Of a DNA stretch of 64,000 nt, positions 29,455 to 36,957 are shown piece by piece. The position numbers and the translations under genes are program-made. The notes beneath the pieces are model-generated. The model saw only the letters and a list, made by a program, of their open reading frames with translations, was not told the DNA's origin and did no database searches. The stretch comes from an uncultured Candidatus Saccharibacteria bacterium (GTDB lineage Bacteria > Patescibacteriota > Saccharimonadia > Saccharimonadales > CAZDQS01). How positions within the stretch are numbered: the first letter of the stretch is position 1; every line of letters starts with the position of its first letter. The DNA lies in the NCBI GenBank assembly GCA_964507855.1, contig CAZDQS010000003.1, positions 21,988 through 85,987 of the forward strand. The letters are read 5' to 3'.

Positions 29455-30326
29455 TGTTTGAAGAATTACTAACCCACTCTACGACCAGTGCTGCCATCCG
29501 ACAGCTCATAGCCCGGCCAACACACGCCGTGCTGCTTACCGGCCTCAGGGGCGCTGGCAAAGGCACACTGGCACGACGCTTACTGGCAACGTTTCTTGAA
29601 GTGAAGCCAGACAAGATAGAGCGATACCCATACTACCTATGTGTAACCCCGCAGAAAGGCGTCATATCGATAGATGACATCAGGCGTATACATGAATTCC
29701 TGCGGCTCAAAACCACCGGTGAACGCACGATCCGGCGCGCACTGCTCATTGAGGACGCACACCAGCTCACGCATGAAGCTCAAAATGCATTCTTAAAAAC
29801 GCTCGAGGAGCCGCCCGCAGACACCATCATACTCATGACAGCCGAAGGCGAGCATTCGCTGCTGCCGACCATCTACTCGCGCGTTCAGAAGATTACTGTG
29901 CGCGCACCGGCAAAGGAAGAGGCGGTAGAGTATTTTTCATCCAAAGGCTATCCTTCGGGTGCGATTGAGCGCGCATATCATATGAGCGACGGCCAGCCCG
30001 GTCTCATGATGGCACTTCTAGAGAAAGACGAATCACATGAAATTGTCGCCGGAATCACGACGGCAAAGTCCATCCTGCAGGCTCCACCATATCAACGCCT
30101 GGTCAAGATAGAAGAATACGCCAAGCAGCGAGATGCGCTACCACTGCTGATGTACTCGCTCGAACGTGTCAGTTACGCGGCACTGACAATTGCCGCCGAG
30201 AAGGGCAATGGCAAAGAACTTCGGCGCTGGCATGAAACCCTGAAGAAAGTTACGTGGAGCAAGCAGCAGCTGCCACGGAACCCAAACGTGAAATTGCTCT
30301 TGGCCGATCTGCTTATGGCGCTGTGA
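29451..30326 (+). CDS. holB: DNA polymerase III delta-prime subunit
   Basis: 291 aa, AAA+ clamp-loader-like (LLTGLRGAGKGTLA, SRVQK sensor region). Confidence 0.8.
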   Translation: MMFEELLTHSTTSAAIRQLIARPTHAVLLTGLRGAGKGTLARRLLATFLEVKPDKIERYPYYLCVTPQKGVISIDDIRRIHEFLRLKTTGERTIRRALLIEDAHQLTHEAQNAFLKTLEEPPADTIILMTAEGEHSLLPTIYSRVQKITVRAPAKEEAVEYFSSKGYPSGAIERAYHMSDGQPGLMMALLEKDESHEIVAGITTAKSILQAPPYQRLVKIEEYAKQRDALPLLMYSLERVSYAALTIAAEKGNGKELRRWHETLKKVTWSKQQLPRNPNVKLLLADLLMAL

Positions 30327-30342
30327 TATAATATCCACGAAC

Positions 30343-30996
30343 ATGATTGAGCTTGCTCTGGTTGTTGGATTTGGAATTATTGCCCTCAGGAACGTCAAGG
30401 TGCATGATGACGAACTGTCTGAGTTTCCGAGAAAACTTGGTGATAAGCTCGGCAAGCTGTGGGATATTGCCCACCAAGGCATGCGTGAGAACCGCTTCCT
30501 GCGAGCCGAAAAAGCACTGCTCACCATCCTCAAAATTGACGAGAAAAATGCTGCTGCCTACAACCGTCTCGGCATCCTGTACGCCAAACAAAAGGAGTAC
30601 AAAGATGCTATCGATTGCTTTGAGATTGCCTCAAGTATCGAACCGACTGCATCGAGCCTGCACAACCTCGGGCTTATCTATTATGAGACAGAAAATTATG
30701 AAAAAGCTGCGGCGGCGTTTGAGATGGCACTCAAGCAAGAGGGCAACCTTGCCGCTCGTCACATTGCCTATGCGAAGGTTCAAGAGAAGTTGGGTCGTGA
30801 CAGGATAATGATCGAGGAGCTTGAAAAGGCCGCCGAGCTGGAGCCTACGCAAGAAACGTACGAATTGCTGCAACGCGCCTATGAAAGTCGCGGCATGCAG
30901 GCTGAGGCCGACGAAGTTGCCAGCAAGCTCGAGAAGCTTATTATGCCAACCGGGCGCCGCAAGCGCATTATGCGGCCCCGACGGGTTGTTATCTAG
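30343..30996 (+). CDS. TPR-repeat protein with N-terminal membrane anchor
   Basis: 217 aa with a hydrophobic N-terminus and repeated TPR-like units (AAYNRLGILYAKQKEYKDAIDCFEIA...). Confidence 0.8.
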   Translation: MIELALVVGFGIIALRNVKVHDDELSEFPRKLGDKLGKLWDIAHQGMRENRFLRAEKALLTILKIDEKNAAAYNRLGILYAKQKEYKDAIDCFEIASSIEPTASSLHNLGLIYYETENYEKAAAAFEMALKQEGNLAARHIAYAKVQEKLGRDRIMIEELEKAAELEPTQETYELLQRAYESRGMQAEADEVASKLEKLIMPTGRRKRIMRPRRVVI

Positions 30997-31001
30997 GCCG
31001 T

Positions 31002-32030
31002 CTAGTACCAGAGTTTTGACATTGCAAAATATAGCTTGCGGTAGGCGAGCTCTAGCTTTGGCCACACTTTATAGCTGCTGCTCAAAGGGAGTTCGTAAGC
31101 AGGCATCATATGGGTTACGTCGCGGGTATATGCGGTCTTAAAGATGTAAATACCTTTCATTCGGCTGCGTTCATAGTCAGCCGGATTGGGAATACCGCCT
31201 AAGTCAAATGTGGTATAGCCACCTTGCTTCAGATTCTTGGCAATTTCCCACAACAGTAGCCGTGGTCCGTAATGAGCAGCTTTGCTGGTAACCGAAGCGC
31301 CGTCCTTGTACCACGCCATTGTGCCGGTTGCGTCCGTCACGACAATTGCACCGGCGATGACGTCATTATCATGTTTTGCAAAGAATAACTTCAGCTGTCC
31401 AGCTTGTCGGAAGCTTTCCCAAAACTTCATAACAAAGGTTTTGTTTCGTATTGAGAAGTCTTTGCGCTTGGAGGTGTCGCGCAGCAAAGCGTACATTGTT
31501 TCAAGATTATCAGTAGTTGGGTCAACCTCCTCAACCTGTACGCCGTCTTTTGTTGCACGGTTAAGTTCGTTGCGGGCACGCTTCTTCATGCCCGCCCGGA
31601 GCGCTTCAACAGATTGCCGCAGATCAATGCGCACGGTGTATTCGTACTGGGTTATGCGTGCCGGTTTCCAGCCCGCCTGTTCAAACATGCGCACTAAATC
31701 ATCGTTGTGCGCCGTACAGGACTCGAGTTTGCAGCAGATGTTGTTGCCGCGGACTTTCTTGACTTTTTCTGTTAGTTCCTTGAGCTCTTCAAGTGAAACG
31801 GGTACAAACCCTGGTATGAACAATACCGATCCAGCCGGCGTTCGGCGGCGAAAATATCGAACAGTACGGGTTGCTAGTGATATGTCGCCAGGCTTCCATG
31901 CAGATCGTTCACGCACCTTTGCCCAGCTGTCTGATTGGAGATAGTGTTCGTATGGTACAGCAACAGTAGCCGGTGCATCCGGTTTGTTGGCTTCGCTCTT
32001 GCTTGATACTACGGCCTCATGTGCTGTCAC
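31002..32030 (-). CDS. FemAB-family peptidoglycan aminoacyltransferase (tRNA-dependent)
   Basis: 342 aa with FemAB-like blocks (KKRARNELNRATKDGV, LFFAKHDNDVIAGAIVV, WYKDGAS, FDLGGIP, GIYIFK). Confidence 0.82.
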   Translation of the reverse strand: MTAHEAVVSSKSEANKPDAPATVAVPYEHYLQSDSWAKVRERSAWKPGDISLATRTVRYFRRRTPAGSVLFIPGFVPVSLEELKELTEKVKKVRGNNICCKLESCTAHNDDLVRMFEQAGWKPARITQYEYTVRIDLRQSVEALRAGMKKRARNELNRATKDGVQVEEVDPTTDNLETMYALLRDTSKRKDFSIRNKTFVMKFWESFRQAGQLKLFFAKHDNDVIAGAIVVTDATGTMAWYKDGASVTSKAAHYGPRLLLWEIAKNLKQGGYTTFDLGGIPNPADYERSRMKGIYIFKTAYTRDVTHMMPAYELPLSSSYKVWPKLELAYRKLYFAMSKLWY

Positions 32031-32131
32031 GTGCGCTTGTTCCTTAAACGTCTACTCCGGTATTCTCCGCCAATTATTAGCACTACCAGTACTTTTTTGC
32101 AAATAATCTGGAAAGGCCCGTATATAACAGA

Positions 32132-32160
32132 TTGAAAATAATTAAGTTTTTTGCTACACT
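32132..32160 (+). promoter_or_regulatory. candidate promoter for tRNA cluster (TTGAAA-N17-TACACT)
   Basis: Hexamers at 32132-32137 and 32155-32160. An 8-bp hairpin plus T-run (32168-32195) follows immediately. Confidence 0.4.
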
Positions 32161-32209
32161 TGCACCTGTTCTTCAGCTATTGAAGAACATTTTTTACAAC
32201 CAACTCGTT

Positions 32210-32285
32210 GCCGATGTAGCTCAGTGGCTAGAGCGGCTGTTTTGTAAACAGCGGGTCGTGGGTTCGAATCCCTCCATCGGCTCCA
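32210..32285 (+). tRNA. tRNA-Thr (anticodon UGU), CCA encoded
   Basis: Manual cloverleaf: acceptor GCCGATG/CATCGGC, D-arm GCTCAGTGGCTAGAGC, anticodon loop TTTGTAA, T-arm GGGTTCGAATCCC. Confidence 0.92.
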
Positions 32286-32375
32286 TGATTAGACGCAATG
32301 CGAGAGTGTCTAATCAAGCCTCGTGTGAGGTCTAGTGAGAGAGGTGTTATACTAGAGGCCAGAAAGGCCTCTTTA

Positions 32376-32461
32376 GCAGGGGTTGTGGAGCGGTCAAACA
32401 CGACAGACTGTAAATCTGTTGGCATTCGCCTTCGGGGGTTCGAATCCCTCCCCCTGCACCA
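32376..32461 (+). tRNA. tRNA-Tyr (anticodon GUA), long variable arm, CCA encoded
   Basis: Acceptor GCAGGGG/CCCCTGC, anticodon loop CTGTAAA, long variable arm, T-loop TTCGAAT. Confidence 0.9.
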
Positions 32462-32471
32462 TAAACTAAGA

Positions 32472-32497
32472 ACATCTGCCCGCGGCAGGTGTTTTTA
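32472..32497 (+). terminator. intrinsic terminator after tRNA-Tyr
   Basis: 9-bp stem ACATCTGCC/GGCAGGTGT with a short loop, then TTTTTAGTTTATTTT. Confidence 0.55.
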
Positions 32498-32505
32498 GTT
32501 TATTT

Positions 32506-32527
32506 TGGAGACGGGCTGGGATTCGAA
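32506..32527 (-). other. orphan tRNA 3'-end fragment (T-loop to CCA-like end), not a complete tRNA
   Basis: The minus strand reads TTCGAATCCCAGCCCGTCTCCA. No matching 5' acceptor or T-stem partner lies upstream. Confidence 0.4.
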
Positions 32528-32709
32528 CGACAACTGCCAGTGGCAGTTGGCCGCCCTTTAGCCCCGAAGGGGTCATTGTAGCGAAAGTATTTTTCTTTCG
32601 CGCAATGAGGTCCAATCCCCCCAAAAAAACCAAACAAAAACAACTTTCCATCCCTTATCCTGAGGTGTATATTTAGAAATAACTCATCAAGTAATAAAAA
32701 GTTTATTAG

Positions 32710-33192
32710 ATGTCTCATTTACTCCGGTCAGAAAGCGCTCATATACCACTCCTGCCGCCCGCACCCGTGCCTACAGTCGAAAGATCAGCCGAGATGGTAG
32801 GCTTGGGCAATTGGTACGCCCTGCGGCCTGATGATGTCCCGGGGGATGATAGGTTAATTGTTCTTGGCGAGAACCCAGAAAGGGCTATCGACAGATTTGC
32901 TAATGAACTTTCAGCAGAAGGGCCGATCAGACTGCCGAGCACGATCGACCTTATGTGTAAGGATAAGATTCCGGATATTTCAGCTTATCAGCGCATCATA
33001 GCCCTCGGCGAGTTTGCTTGCCACGTGGAACAGCTCGACACAGGCAATGCAGCATATTACGACGGCTTATTTAGGAGACTAGGTTACGCGGTTATCATGG
33101 CGCCATCTCTGTACGCAAGCAAGGCAGGTCCCATGCCGCCACGAGGCGAGCTAGTTTACTATTCAAAGAATCATTCTAATCTGTTAAAATAG
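32710..33192 (+). CDS. hypothetical protein (160 aa)
   Basis: Only long ORF in the gap between the tRNAs, with an AT-rich upstream region. No family recognised. Confidence 0.5.
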   Translation: MSHLLRSESAHIPLLPPAPVPTVERSAEMVGLGNWYALRPDDVPGDDRLIVLGENPERAIDRFANELSAEGPIRLPSTIDLMCKDKIPDISAYQRIIALGEFACHVEQLDTGNAAYYDGLFRRLGYAVIMAPSLYASKAGPMPPRGELVYYSKNHSNLLK

Positions 33193-33221
33193 ACCCGTTT
33201 GGAAAACTATTGGCTGCTAAT

Positions 33222-33290
<69 letters not shown>

Positions 33291-33296
<6 letters not shown>

Positions 33297-33410
33297 AAAC
33301 CGGACTTAAATTGGAATTGTCGCCCATTCGGGCGATTTTTCTTTGGTTGCGCGGAGCGCAAACCAAATATTTTCTTGGGGGGAATGGGATTTTGGCTCGC
33401 TGGATGCGAC
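33291..33410 (+). repeat. IR-A left copy (120 bp, perfect inverted repeat)
   Basis: Its reverse complement is identical to 34997-35116 (checked base by base). It starts with the last 6 nt of the tRNA and covers the last 34 codons plus the stop of the recombinase. Confidence 0.97.
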
Positions 33411-34826
33411 TACTTTTTTGTTTTCTAAAAACAGGTTCAACCCAAAGATTTCAATGAGCAAAGACTTTTTGGCGTTTTGGTCGGCGGAATTAGCGATTTT
33501 ACAGACAGAAAGTGCCTTATTGAGCCAATTTTGGAGCGGTTCAACCCAAACCAAATTGCCTAAATGTAAATCGCTAATTTGTTCCTCAATGGTTTTCTTT
33601 TGGCTCATAATTTCAGCTTTCTTTTGCGTGTAAATATCACGCTCCAAAACGCCGTCAAGAAAACCGTCCAGAAGTCTTTGTAATTTCTCGGACAAATGCG
33701 TGAGTTCGCCCCGCATACCGTCAATTTTGCCGTTTATCTGTGCTTTATCTGCTAATTCGTCCGCAGTAGCCCACTCACGCATTTTGTCCGCATATTCTTT
33801 GGGCAAAGTGAAGCCAGCCAACAGGTCGGATAACTGCTGATCTAAAAGCTCAGAACGAAGGGCAGGTTCAACACACTTCACAGTTTTGTTTTTACGGCTA
33901 CACCTGTAATAGACATAGTGGTGCGTGTTACCGTTTTTCTGCCGCTTCGTTTTGTTTTCAGCAGTTATCATCATTCCGCAACAGCAACGCAGTAGCCCGC
34001 AGTAGGCTTGCGGCTCTATCAAGCCTTTGGTGGGGTGGCTTCGTTGTTTTATGACGGCTTGGACTTTATCAAAAAGTTTCTTGCTAATAATAGGCGTGTG
34101 CTTACCTTCGTAAATCTCGCCACCATAAACGAAATGACCGTAATAAAACGGGTTTTTCAAGATATATTTAACTTTGTCTTTGCTGTATGGTTTGCCACCG
34201 CCAGTTTTAACGCCGCGCTCAAACAAATAATCTGATATATCTTGAAAAGTGCTTTGCCCCAAAGAATACAGAACAAAAATCGCTTCAACTAATTCGGCTT
34301 GGCGTTTATCTACTTTTACTACTTTGGCACGAGTGTCATTGTAGTAGCCGAGCGGAGCAACGCCTGGAAATTCGCCCCGCCGTACTTTCTGGCGAAGCCC
34401 ACGCTTGGTATTCTCGCTCAAATTATCTACATAGTATTTGCTCTGACCAAAAGCGATATTCAACATAAACTTGCCCTGACTGGTACTCTCAAACCAAAAG
34501 GTCTGAAACTTCAAGTCGGCAAGGTGGTTTTGGTCAAGCAAATAGATAATTTGTCCGCCGTCTATGCTATTGCGGGCAAGCCTATCAGGGTGCCACGCCA
34601 AAATGCCGTTAGCTTCGCCATTTTGTATGCGTTTTAGTACTTCGGCGAACTTCGGTCTGCCCGGAGTTTTGGCGGATTTCTTTTCAATAACAGTATCTAC
34701 CACGACTAAACCGTTATCTTTGGCATATTTCCGAAGTTCTGCCAGTTGTGCCTCAATGGACAAAACCTGCTTGTCCTCAACATCTGTACTCTTGCGAGCA
34801 TACAAAATATAGCGATTTTGGTTCAT
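33306..34826 (-). CDS. large serine recombinase (resolvase N-domain + recombinase domain + zinc ribbon + coiled coil)
   Basis: 506 aa from ATG 34826 (SD GGGAGG 9 nt upstream). Catalytic motif YARKSTDVEDKQVLSIEAQ, Cys cluster CGLLRCCCG...YYRCS, long helical C-terminus. Confidence 0.9.
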   Translation of the reverse strand: MNQNRYILYARKSTDVEDKQVLSIEAQLAELRKYAKDNGLVVVDTVIEKKSAKTPGRPKFAEVLKRIQNGEANGILAWHPDRLARNSIDGGQIIYLLDQNHLADLKFQTFWFESTSQGKFMLNIAFGQSKYYVDNLSENTKRGLRQKVRRGEFPGVAPLGYYNDTRAKVVKVDKRQAELVEAIFVLYSLGQSTFQDISDYLFERGVKTGGGKPYSKDKVKYILKNPFYYGHFVYGGEIYEGKHTPIISKKLFDKVQAVIKQRSHPTKGLIEPQAYCGLLRCCCGMMITAENKTKRQKNGNTHHYVYYRCSRKNKTVKCVEPALRSELLDQQLSDLLAGFTLPKEYADKMREWATADELADKAQINGKIDGMRGELTHLSEKLQRLLDGFLDGVLERDIYTQKKAEIMSQKKTIEEQISDLHLGNLVWVEPLQNWLNKALSVCKIANSADQNAKKSLLIEIFGLNLFLENKKVVASSEPKSHSPQENIWFALRATKEKSPEWATIPI

Positions 34827-34952
34827 AGAAATTACCTCCCAACTTAAAAGACCGCCTTGGTGCAACCAATTCAAGCAAGCCTGAACTGTCCAAGACGGTC
34901 ATTTAAGACCCTAAATAAAAACAGACTGCTTTTGTGAATTGGTTGCAACCTC

Positions 34953-34961
34953 ATTATAACA
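34953..34961 (-). promoter_or_regulatory. candidate extended -10 promoter (TGTTATAAT) for the recombinase
   Basis: The minus strand reads TGTTATAAT, about 120 nt upstream of the recombinase ATG and preceded by a small hairpin. Confidence 0.4.
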
Positions 34962-34996
34962 AAAAGCCGCCTATGGCGGGCAAAAACAAAAATGCG

Positions 34997-35116
34997 GTCG
35001 CATCCAGCGAGCCAAAATCCCATTCCCCCCAAGAAAATATTTGGTTTGCGCTCCGCGCAACCAAAGAAAAATCGCCCGAATGGGCGACAATTCCAATTTA
35101 AGTCCGGTTTTGGAGC
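34997..35116 (-). repeat. IR-A right copy (120 bp)
   Basis: Perfect reverse complement of 33291-33410. Its last 6 nt (TGGAGC) are also the first 6 nt of IR-B. Confidence 0.97.
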
Positions 35117-35376
35117 ATTTCTACCGATACGCTAGAACCTATTTTAGCAAAGACCAACAGATAAGAACAGATGTGAAATGGAAAAAAGAGGACAATTTGC
35201 GAAACCAGAAGTCAAACCCCGCCGCCTAGCGGGCAAGTCTGCCCAGCTAGCGCCCCGCCAGAAAAAGCCTTTGCATTTTTTGAGATTTCCCCCGCCGTAT
35301 TTTTTCTTTTTAGTTGAAAGGGTCGGAATTTTCTGTCGGTTCGCCTGCCAAAATTGGCAGAGGCGTCGGAGCTTCG
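35111..35376 (+). repeat. IR-B left copy (266 bp, perfect inverted repeat)
   Basis: Its reverse complement is identical to 40449-40714 (checked by eye along the full length). Contains hairpins at 35226-35250 and 35345-35360. Confidence 0.97.
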
Positions 35377-35401
35377 GAGGAAGACCTTATAAATAAGGAT
35401 A

Positions 35402-35430
35402 TTGAACTATCGATAGAGATGGAGTACTAT
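35402..35430 (+). promoter_or_regulatory. candidate promoter for the repeat-peptide operon (TTGAAC-N17-TACTAT)
   Basis: Hexamers at 35402-35407 and 35425-35430; 26 nt inside the IR-B boundary. Confidence 0.45.
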
Positions 35431-35463
35431 GTAAAATACAACGTATAGTAGTAAGGAGAGGTT

Positions 35464-35787
35464 ATGGAAAAGGGAACACAAATGTTATCAGATGTAAAAA
35501 CCGGTATTGCTTCAGACACGTGCTCACGTGTGCTCGAGGAGACCAAGGATGGTATTGCGTCAGAAACTTGTTCACGCAGCATTGAAGAGTACTTAAAGGT
35601 CGGTGCAGCAGCAATGACATGCTCACGAGTAATCGAAGCTAAGGTGGGCATCGCATCGGACACTTGCTCACGTGCCCTAGAAGAAGTTAAGAATGGGGCT
35701 GCGGCTGATACGTGCTCTCGCGTACTTGAGGACGCCGTAGAACAATCAGCTTCACTTGATCAGTATGTTAACGTATGGTCGAACTAG
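35464..35787 (+). CDS. tandem-repeat peptide/protein: 5 units of G(I/A)A(S/A)xTCSRx(L/I)E
   Basis: 107 aa with SD AAGGAGAGG. The five 15-17-aa units conserve TCSR using different synonymous codons. 13-nt overlap with the next gene. Confidence 0.7.
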   Translation: MEKGTQMLSDVKTGIASDTCSRVLEETKDGIASETCSRSIEEYLKVGAAAMTCSRVIEAKVGIASDTCSRALEEVKNGAAADTCSRVLEDAVEQSASLDQYVNVWSN

Positions 35788-36920
35788 GTCCTGAGTTCTG
35801 TCCGAATGCGAACGAACTAGCAGAGAACGTTACTAGACACTTTGAAGAAGGTGCAAACCGTGCTGAATGCGTAATAACTGGTCGGCGCGTTCTGTCCGCT
35901 GACTTCAAGCCCCCTACGAATCTTATGCCGAAAGGCACGGAAGAATGGGAGAACGACTGGTCTAGTCGCCATTTGCAGGCATATGTTTTTGATTCGATTG
36001 CAAGCACGATACAGCCTGGGCCACCGACACAAGACAAGTTAAACGCACAGACTCTCGAAAACCTAACCGACACTTTGGGCAGTCCCGACTATTTTCACGC
36101 ATATTGCGTTAGCAGAATGCTGGATCCTCAACGCGTCCTTAGACTAGCAAACGATTACCTTGAAGACTCAGCTGCATCGTACCACAAACAAAGCAAGGCA
36201 ATGCTTGGAGATGAATTTGGCTCTTTTCATGAAGAACAGTTTCAAGAAAGGCTGACCGCAGCAGTTACACAGGATGCAAATAAATATCCACATGAACGAA
36301 CCACAGGCGAAGTAGAGCGGGTAATTCGCGATCTCGGTCTTATGGCACTGGTTGATAGCTCCCGTGAATCGGCCATTGACCTTACCGTAAATGTTCCACA
36401 CCCAGAGAGTCGTACAAGTAGATTGTTTCTGGCTCGATCTAAAGGCATAGAGGCGTATCGTGGCGCGTTACATGCATTGGGTCACGCGGTATTTAGCGTA
36501 ATGGCTCCAAGAGTTGAGGATAATCTCGGCGTTAATATTGCGGCAACAGAAACTATTGCGTTTCAAGCGCAGCACGTGGCTCTGGATGGCGCGCCATCTG
36601 ATACTGCCGAATTTCTCCGATTCCTGCACCTTTATCAATCACGGCTATACGCTGTTCGTGCTATTCATGAGTCAATTAGACTTGAAAACCGTAGCCCAGA
36701 GCTTGAGACACTACAAGATTTAGGGCGCGAGCATCTTGGTCTTGTCGAGATAAGACCACATCAATTTAGGCCAAAATTAGTAGCTGTTGATTTTCTGATA
36801 GCGTTCTCAGAATATTTCCGCCAAGGTGAACTGTCGCCCGATTGGTCTGAGGTTTTAGAGCTTGCTCAAAACACAACCAATATCAAAATTACAAAGGATA
36901 TTTCACTAAAGACTAATTAG
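35775..36920 (+). CDS. hypothetical protein, gluzincin-peptidase-like with degenerate HExxH (HALGH)
   Basis: 381 aa. The segment ALHALGHAVF...(22 aa)...TETIAFQ resembles M3-type HEFGH...E spacing, but the catalytic Glu is Ala. Function uncertain. Confidence 0.7.
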   Translation: MVELGPEFCPNANELAENVTRHFEEGANRAECVITGRRVLSADFKPPTNLMPKGTEEWENDWSSRHLQAYVFDSIASTIQPGPPTQDKLNAQTLENLTDTLGSPDYFHAYCVSRMLDPQRVLRLANDYLEDSAASYHKQSKAMLGDEFGSFHEEQFQERLTAAVTQDANKYPHERTTGEVERVIRDLGLMALVDSSRESAIDLTVNVPHPESRTSRLFLARSKGIEAYRGALHALGHAVFSVMAPRVEDNLGVNIAATETIAFQAQHVALDGAPSDTAEFLRFLHLYQSRLYAVRAIHESIRLENRSPELETLQDLGREHLGLVEIRPHQFRPKLVAVDFLIAFSEYFRQGELSPDWSEVLELAQNTTNIKITKDISLKTN

Positions 36921-36957
36921 GCATTATAAGATTTAGAAAACAGAATTTATAATAAGT

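Noticed and set aside
32506-32870. Possible tmRNA (ssrA). The 3' end CGTCTCCA resembles tmRNA/tRNA-Ala-like ends, and on the plus strand GGAGACG..GGGATTCGAAC resembles a tmRNA 5' end.
   Set aside because: No canonical T-stem. No complementary acceptor partner at the expected distance on either strand. No G3:U70-compatible pairing. No recognisable tag reading frame ending in a hydrophobic ...AA stop. A minus-strand tmRNA would have to overlap ORF 32710-33192.
35178-35396. 72-aa ORF, and its 91-aa twin at 40372-40647(-), starting inside the 266-bp inverted repeats.
   Set aside because: The two are identical only as far as the repeat extends and diverge exactly at the repeat boundary. They have no SD, run through GC-rich hairpins and have odd composition (FPPPYFFFL, RRRSF). 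They are best explained as chance frames in non-coding repeat DNA.
35503-35733. Periodic 45-51-bp DNA repeats that could be mistaken for a CRISPR-like or satellite array.
   Set aside because: The periodicity is in-frame within a well-signalled ORF. The repeats are degenerate at synonymous sites and there are no spacer-like unique segments. This is a coding tandem repeat.
36921-36957. T-box or other riboswitch leaders upstream of thrS (36921-36957) and trpS (27548-27568).
   Set aside because: The intergenic spaces are only 37 nt and 21 nt, far too short for a T-box (about 200 nt) or any known riboswitch.
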